From the NCBI GenBank assembly GCA_002269645.1, contig NIVC01001718.1:33107-97106 (forward strand): a stretch of 64,000 nt of DNA, read 5' to 3'. Positions 57,561 through 64,000 of this stretch are shown one piece after another. Numbering within the stretch: the stretch's first letter is position 1; each line of letters begins with the position of its first letter. The position numbers and the translations under genes were made by a program. Source of the stretch: Macrostomum lignano (Eukaryota). Below the pieces are notes generated by a model, which saw nothing but the letters and a program-made list of their open reading frames with translations, was not told the DNA's origin and searched no databases.

Positions 57561-60279
57561 GTGACCTCGGGTTGCTTTTGGCCGCTTCTCCCTTGCCCCC
57601 GGGGAGGGGGGCAACTGAGGAAGTCGTTACTGCCTTCGAAGGGTCTCACAGAGTGTGGAGTTCTTCATGCTGTTGCACTCGTATGCAGTTTGTGTAGCAG
57701 TTTTTTATTCTATGCTGCACGTTAAAGTACAAGTACGAGTATATTTTTAGATTAAATATAATTAAAACTTAGGAAATTAGCCTAGAGCAACATTGAATGA
57801 AAAGGCGTTTGTAATTTAACTGTTAGAGACTATTATACTGATTTTGTAGCGATTGAAATTATTTCATAAATCTTGCATTAGCTTATAGCTACATGTGTAA
57901 TGAATTAGGAAGATAATTAAGTTGAAAAGCCATTTTTAATTTAAGATTTTAACTGCTATAGCAAACTTGCAGCTCAGAAAAAAACATTTAAGTTCAACTG
58001 CAATTATAGCCGCAAGTGTCAGCCAATTATAATCGTCCAATTAATATCCAAAATTACTTGAGACGTAGACTCTCGCTTCCCTGCTGATTGTCGTGATTGT
58101 CGGAAAAACAAGTTCGCAAATTTTAAAGCGATGTTCTTCTTTGTTGTCGGGCGCACCTGGTCCCGGCAGTTAAAATATTCTGGAGGCTTAATTCGTGGTA
58201 AATTGCATCGGCCAATTTTTTTCAGCAATCCGCTTTTTTTTCTGGCTGTTTTCATTGCAATAAACTAGTTCAATCAAATGCGTAAGAGCGCTTGCGATTA
58301 ACGTTTTTTTCGGAAGAAGCAAACTACCGCTACCCAATTTCTGCCGTCAGCTTACGCGTGTTGAAGCGAAGATGAAACTCGCGACGGCCCGCGCAATTGC
58401 TGGGAATATCTATGGTAAAAACCTTGCTTGGTTCAATGCTTTCAGCTGCAGTACGATTTCACGAGTCCCGCTGAGAATGTCTATGGTAAAAACAAGGTCG
58501 GCCACTGTAGTATAACAGCTAGCTAGGACGTAGTAAAACTCAAAGATCGTGTGATTTTTAAGGAGACGAATTTCCTGAAAAAATACACTGCTGAGAGAGG
58601 AAAAATCTTTTTTCATCGCAAAATCAATGGTTGCATTTGATCTGGGGCAGCGATCAGATAGCCATTCGATTAATTTAAAAATACACAACATTTTACTCTG
58701 TTGCATTTTATATATTAGTGTAATGAAAGTTTCATTTTCACAGTGATTTCACAGTGAAAGTTGTTACTATACCAAGTAAAATTTTTGTTTTGTTGCTTCT
58801 TGAATCAAGTATTTGTTTAAAAAAGTTGCATGCAGTTACTCTTAAGCCATTGTTGAAGGTATAATTTTATTTAAATGCATATTAGTAATAATTAAGTGTA
58901 GAAAATGTTTACCAATATCGTTTTCATGTTGGTTGTTGACCTAGTCTTTAGAATGCGAATAATTTTTACGACAAAGTCTAGCTTAAGGCTAGGACTACCT
59001 GCATGCAAAAATTATATTCCTCCTTCCTCCTTTTAAACTGCAGTATATGGTCCAAGGACCACTGTATATACAGTGTATACGTGGTCCTTGAATTGGGGAA
59101 AACCACTTAGTTCAATGCTGTCAGTTGGTTCATGGCCCACTGCAGAGAATGTCTCTGGTAAAGACTTACTTAGTTCAGTGCTATATTTATTTTGTTCAAT
59201 ATCGGTGCAGAAATAAAAACCCTATTAGGATTAGTATGTGAGTCTATATTCGTTAGCCGTTATACATCTTAGGGCCTTTTCATATTGCTTGTTCTGGTTC
59301 CAGAACCAGAACCAATTTGTGAAGTATAACTCTTTGTCTCCATAACTAGAGGGAGATACGTGCTATAAAGTTTTTATTATTGAATGACAATCGCCAAGAA
59401 GAAAGTGAAAAATTGTGCAAAGTGAAGTTGTTAGGGCAGTCAAACATTCAACAGAATTAAATTGTTATACTGCTGTTTTTCTTGGAAGATCGGAACCGAT
59501 TTTGATTCTGGAATTGGTAATATGAGCCTCTTATTAGTATCCAACTAAACGCTATATATAACACCGTACCCCATATAACACCACACGTGAATCCAGGATC
59601 CATGACAGAGCCGCGCGTCTCTTAAATTGCTTGTTTTATTTAAAAATATAAAAAAATTGACGTTCTAGCAGTTTAAAGAACTTAAGAATCAATATTAATA
59701 CATACTTTTCTTTTAGAGCTTGTTAAATCGACGTTAATTTTAAATGTCCTTGGTTAATTATTTTTCTCATTGTTTGACGAGTTTTGTACCTTTACAAAGT
59801 AAAAAGTAAACATGACGAGACGAGAGTGAGCACAGTAAGCCATAACTGTGTCATCGAAATGAGCAATTCATTGCTTTTTAGTAGCAGTATAATTATTTTT
59901 ATGCTGGTTTTTTGTGCGCAGAGTGTGCTTAAGTTTGAAATCGCACACTGAAATAGAAAAATTAGGTGCGGTCTCACAACTTATTTTTCCTTTTAAGCCT
60001 TATTTGCATTCGATCTAAAAAACGAGACAATAGGTCAAGGCATTCTTTGGACACAAGAAAAGATGTGTAGACGTGTCTATATTCCCAGTTTTCTGAAGTA
60101 AGAGAAATTGCACTCTGAGTCTTAAAATCGCAGCCTGAAATTAGGTTTGGGTAGGTCTACAGGGTGCGATGTTGCACCGTGTCTCTCGCAAAAAAACTGT
60201 CATTTAATGTGTATAATGTATTTCATGATAATAAGTAGGCTCAAGCCTTGTTATTATCACTAGCCTACTAGGCCTACTC

Positions 60280-60886
60280 CAGGATGGAATTCTTGTATTT
60301 CTTAAGTCAAACGGAATTATGGGATTTTTTTATGGCGCGCAAAATATTTTTATTGGTCGCATTTTTATTTTGGTACTTAGCACGTCGCAAAATGGTAAAA
60401 CAATAAGACAATAACGAAAAATGCATTCTAAGAAAATGTAGTGATTTGAATTTTTGTCCAAATACATAATAAAATAAAGCAAAAAAAGCTTAAAATAAAG
60501 CAGTTTACTGCTAGTTTGTAAGGAATAAACAAATTTAATGCTTGTTCCTACAATTCGTACAACAGAAACTAAAGTGTCTGTAGAAGTGTTTGAATAAGTG
60601 TCGGCGAATGTTTCATATGTACTTTTCATAGAATTTTTCCAATTTTTACTTTTGTGCCTTACTTAGGCCTAGTTTTTAGTTTTTATTCTTTTTCTTCGTG
60701 ATCTTAACTAGTAGGATTATCTTTTGCAAAATCCAATATTTCAAGGGCACTTTTGCATATATTAGGAATTAGCAATTTTGTCTGAAATTCTGCAACGCAT
60801 TTTTTCCGGATTTTTTAATGCAAAATCGCATTTTTTTCGCGCAATCGCATAACGCGTTGTTATTTTTTTGCAAGAATTCCATCCAG
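60280..60886. mobile_element. Non-autonomous DNA transposon (MITE), 607 bp, 16-bp TIRs, 9-bp TSD
   Basis: Left end caggatggaattcttg matches the reverse complement of the right end, ctggatggaattcttg, at 15/16. GGCCTACTC sits directly on both sides (60271-60279 and 60887-60895). There is no coding capacity. Confidence 0.7.
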
Positions 60887-61490
60887 GGCCTACTCCACCT
60901 GTCCACCATTATCTGTTATAGTACTGTCAAATTGACAGTTTTCTAAACAATAATTTTTTAGCATAGGCCTAGACTATTGACATTTTTTGCTATTTATTAG
61001 TTTGCAATTGCAGTATTTTGTAAAAATTAAAATTTTTGATATATTGAATAAAACCCTTGGTTTAGTAATGCAAAGCCAAAGGCGCATGTCCAAGGTGGCC
61101 ACATCTGGCTAGGCCTAAGGTCTATTCTAGCTCCTAGGATGTAGAAAGGAGTGAGAGGACTATTGAATTTTAATTCCTAGGAGCCTAAATGATTAATTTG
61201 ACTAGGAAATCCAATAAGATTTGAAAAATTTAGTTTATATTGATTTTTTTTCTATCAGATCTAGTTTGTATGAATAAAATGATACTTCATTTATAAAAAT
61301 TGATAAAGGGATAAAAAGTTATTACCTTTTTATGTCCTTTTTGTCTATTTTTGTAATGCATCTTTCCCATAAGGCCCTGTGATCAATTGTGACCAGAAGG
61401 TAAAAATATCAGAGAAAAGTGTTTGAACTTTTGATTGGCTTGATGGATATTCAAAATTTAAAGTGTAACTTTTACCTTTTATCTAAGAGA

Positions 61491-61660
61491 ATAGGCAGAA
61501 TGCCTTGACAGACAGAACATCTAGAAAAAGATAGGCAAATGCCTTGGCAGACAGAACATCTAGAAAAAGATAGGCAGAATGCCTTGGCAGACAAAATGTC
61601 TGGGAGAGGATAGGCAAAATGCCTAGGATTGGACAGCACATCCTAGGGGAAAAAAGACAG
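61491..61660. repeat. About 40-bp degenerate tandem repeat (aggcagaatgccttggcagacagaacatctagaaaaagat)
   Basis: 3-4 visible units. Confidence 0.8.
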
Positions 61661-64000
61661 CAATGTGCCCTATTGAACAGCACCTTCTGGCTATTAAAAG
61701 CAAAATGCCTTTAAAGAAAGAAAGTGACTCAATGGCTTTTTTAGAACTAATATTCAATAGGATATAAGCATGATAATGAAGCTCAAAGCAGAGGCAAGTT
61801 GCTTCTCTACTGTGTATTTTGCTTGTTTTTATACTACAAATATCAAATTTTAAACAAATATTAGACAAGAATTTATTCTACATAATGATAGAATAATAAA
61901 AGATATTTTAAAGCATATCGAGGTGAATGATTTTATTAGAAAAATAGGGAAATTTTGTGAATAGAAAAAGTTTCATAATTTGCACAGTATAGCAATATAT
62001 GATTGTGCATAGAATAAGCAAGGTGTCTATAATAAGGCCAAATTGAATAACTAATAACTAAAAAACACTGCTACTTTACCTTGTGGCCACATTTGTTTGT
62101 GGCACCTTGTTCTGTTACCAGTAATGCTAGGTCTAATGAAGTATGCCTAAAAACTCTAGGCAGTCTAGTGAGATTTTAAAGTTAGGCTAATTTTTAGTAT
62201 TTATTTCTTTTTATTTTATAAATCTCATTTGCATGAGAAAATATCCTTTATAGAAAAAATGGTCAAGTAATATAAAAATTTATAAATCTTTTTGTATCTA
62301 AAATTGATGATTCAATTTTTTCATATATACTTGTATTTTGCTTAGGCCTATTGAAACTGATTTTTTATAAATGTTTTTTTAACATTACTTTTTATTTAAC
62401 TAATTTCTTTCTTAATATGATATTTTTTTAGCTTTTTTATCCTTTATCAATGATAAAAAATTGAATTCTTTTTTTATAAAATCACATAGCACTATTTGGA
62501 TAACAGTTGTTTTGGTGACAATATATTTGGTGACAGTTATTTCAGTGACAAGCAAAGGTCAATTCGGTAATGAGAAAAGACCTATTCAGTGAAAACCATT
62601 GTGGTTACAAATAGTAAATTATCTAGCCAATTATAACTGATATGAAACTTTAATTTTAGATGTTTTCTGAAATGAGAAAGTATTTTTTCATTTAATTTTG
62701 TTTATTTACTATTACAAAATATGATCTTTTGAACTTGTATATTTTCCAAAGCCAGTGTGCTCTTGTCACAGTCAGTATTTTGTTATAAGGATCCTCTATA
62801 TGTTTATGGCTTGTGTCTGAATATTCTAGAAAATTCAAAATGATCTGCACAAAAAAACATTATAATTTGTTTTTTTTCTTAAATTTCCAAATACAAATAT
62901 AAATAATAAATATTTTGATGGATTTTTTTCAAATATATAAGAAACATAAATCTTAACAAAAACTACAAACTGATGAACTGATATCTATGAAGTGCCTCGT
63001 GTCACTAAAATGACTAAAGTCACCAAATCTTCTATTTTTTACAAAAGGTTAACAATGTCTGCCACAGAATAAATTTGTCACTTAAAACAACTATTTGTCA
63101 CTGAAATCACTTGTCACTTAAACAATCTGACACTGCATTATCCTATGAAGTGGACTTTTGATATATAACTCCTTTAGAAGACAGAAAATTATAAGTTAAA
63201 ATTACTCTTAAAATCAAACTTCTAAATAGGACCACTTCTAAGTGCAGTATATTTAGCATCAAATCTTGTGTCTTGTAGGAATGCAGCTTATATTTATTTT
63301 TTGTGGTATGATCATTTAAACGGTGAAATTATATTGAAGGGATCATATTTTGAAATTTTAGGAAATTATCAGTTATTATCATGAAAGTGAGAGGGTGCAT
63401 ATGGTCTGAATTCTGCACAAAAACAAGCAAAAAAACAAATTGTTGCAATTGTCAGAAATGAGTTTCTGCTACTTTTTTTGTAATATGATCCAAACATTAC
63501 AAAATTGCTATTGAATTGATCTTGAAACGAAGTGTCATCCCCTCTCACTTTGTTATCCAATCCCCTTAATACAATTTCAAGCAAATTCACTATTTGAGGA
63601 TTCTATTCTTCAAAGTAAATATTATGTGTAGCTTGTGAATTCGGAAAGTGAATATATAGTTTGTCTTTTTTGATCAAATTGTACAAAGAATACACTTTTG
63701 CAACAACTATGATTATTACAGTGGTATGATAAAGTGGCAACTGACCTTGCCCATATGCAAGGGATTATATAACAAAACAGTGCAACAGGGGGATGGCATA
63801 ATGAAAGAATGCCAAAATTTAATATCGCCAAAATAACCAAAACCTTGCAAAGCTTTAAAGAAGTATGTTGTAGGCCTAAAGTTGTTAGTAAGAAGGGTGA
63901 GAAACATTAAGCAGATTTGTAGAGCTTTATCAGTAGAGGCTTAACAGAGGTTGTTTCAGTCTCTTTAAGTTGGGTTTTGTTAAAATTCTTTCACTTTGAG

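Noticed and set aside
57600-64000. Short AT-rich ORFs in the last 6 kb
   Set aside because: They start mostly at non-ATG codons and have no homology cues or exon-like GC content, so they are treated as intergenic or transposon debris.

Overview
This is eukaryotic (metazoan) genomic DNA, not prokaryotic. It has short GC-rich spliceosomal exons separated by introns packed with unrelated minisatellites. That style suggests a free-living flatworm such as Macrostomum, but this is inference only. I assembled five or six protein-coding genes by hand from GT-AG splice sites and phase continuity. (1) A complete 11-exon K-Cl cotransporter (KCC, SLC12A4-7 type, about 1154 aa) on the minus strand, 4698-26947, with a candidate alternative first exon at 36212-36311. 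(2) A 3-exon antisense gene nested in KCC intron 3. (3) A 3-exon claudin/PMP22-superfamily gene. (4) A 6-exon single-pass membrane protein with a juxtamembrane Cys cluster. (5) A low-complexity minus-strand gene interrupted by a 12-bp array. (6) A single-exon secreted cystine-knot-like peptide with a clean core promoter. Mobile DNA includes a decayed Ty3/gypsy element with both LTRs, a second gypsy fragment at the window start, three copies of a tRNA-headed CORE-like SINE, and a MITE with a 9-bp target duplication. There are about 25 tandem arrays. Most long ORFs in the supplied track are translations of these arrays or antisense shadows of real exons. There is no CRISPR array, rRNA or authentic tRNA.
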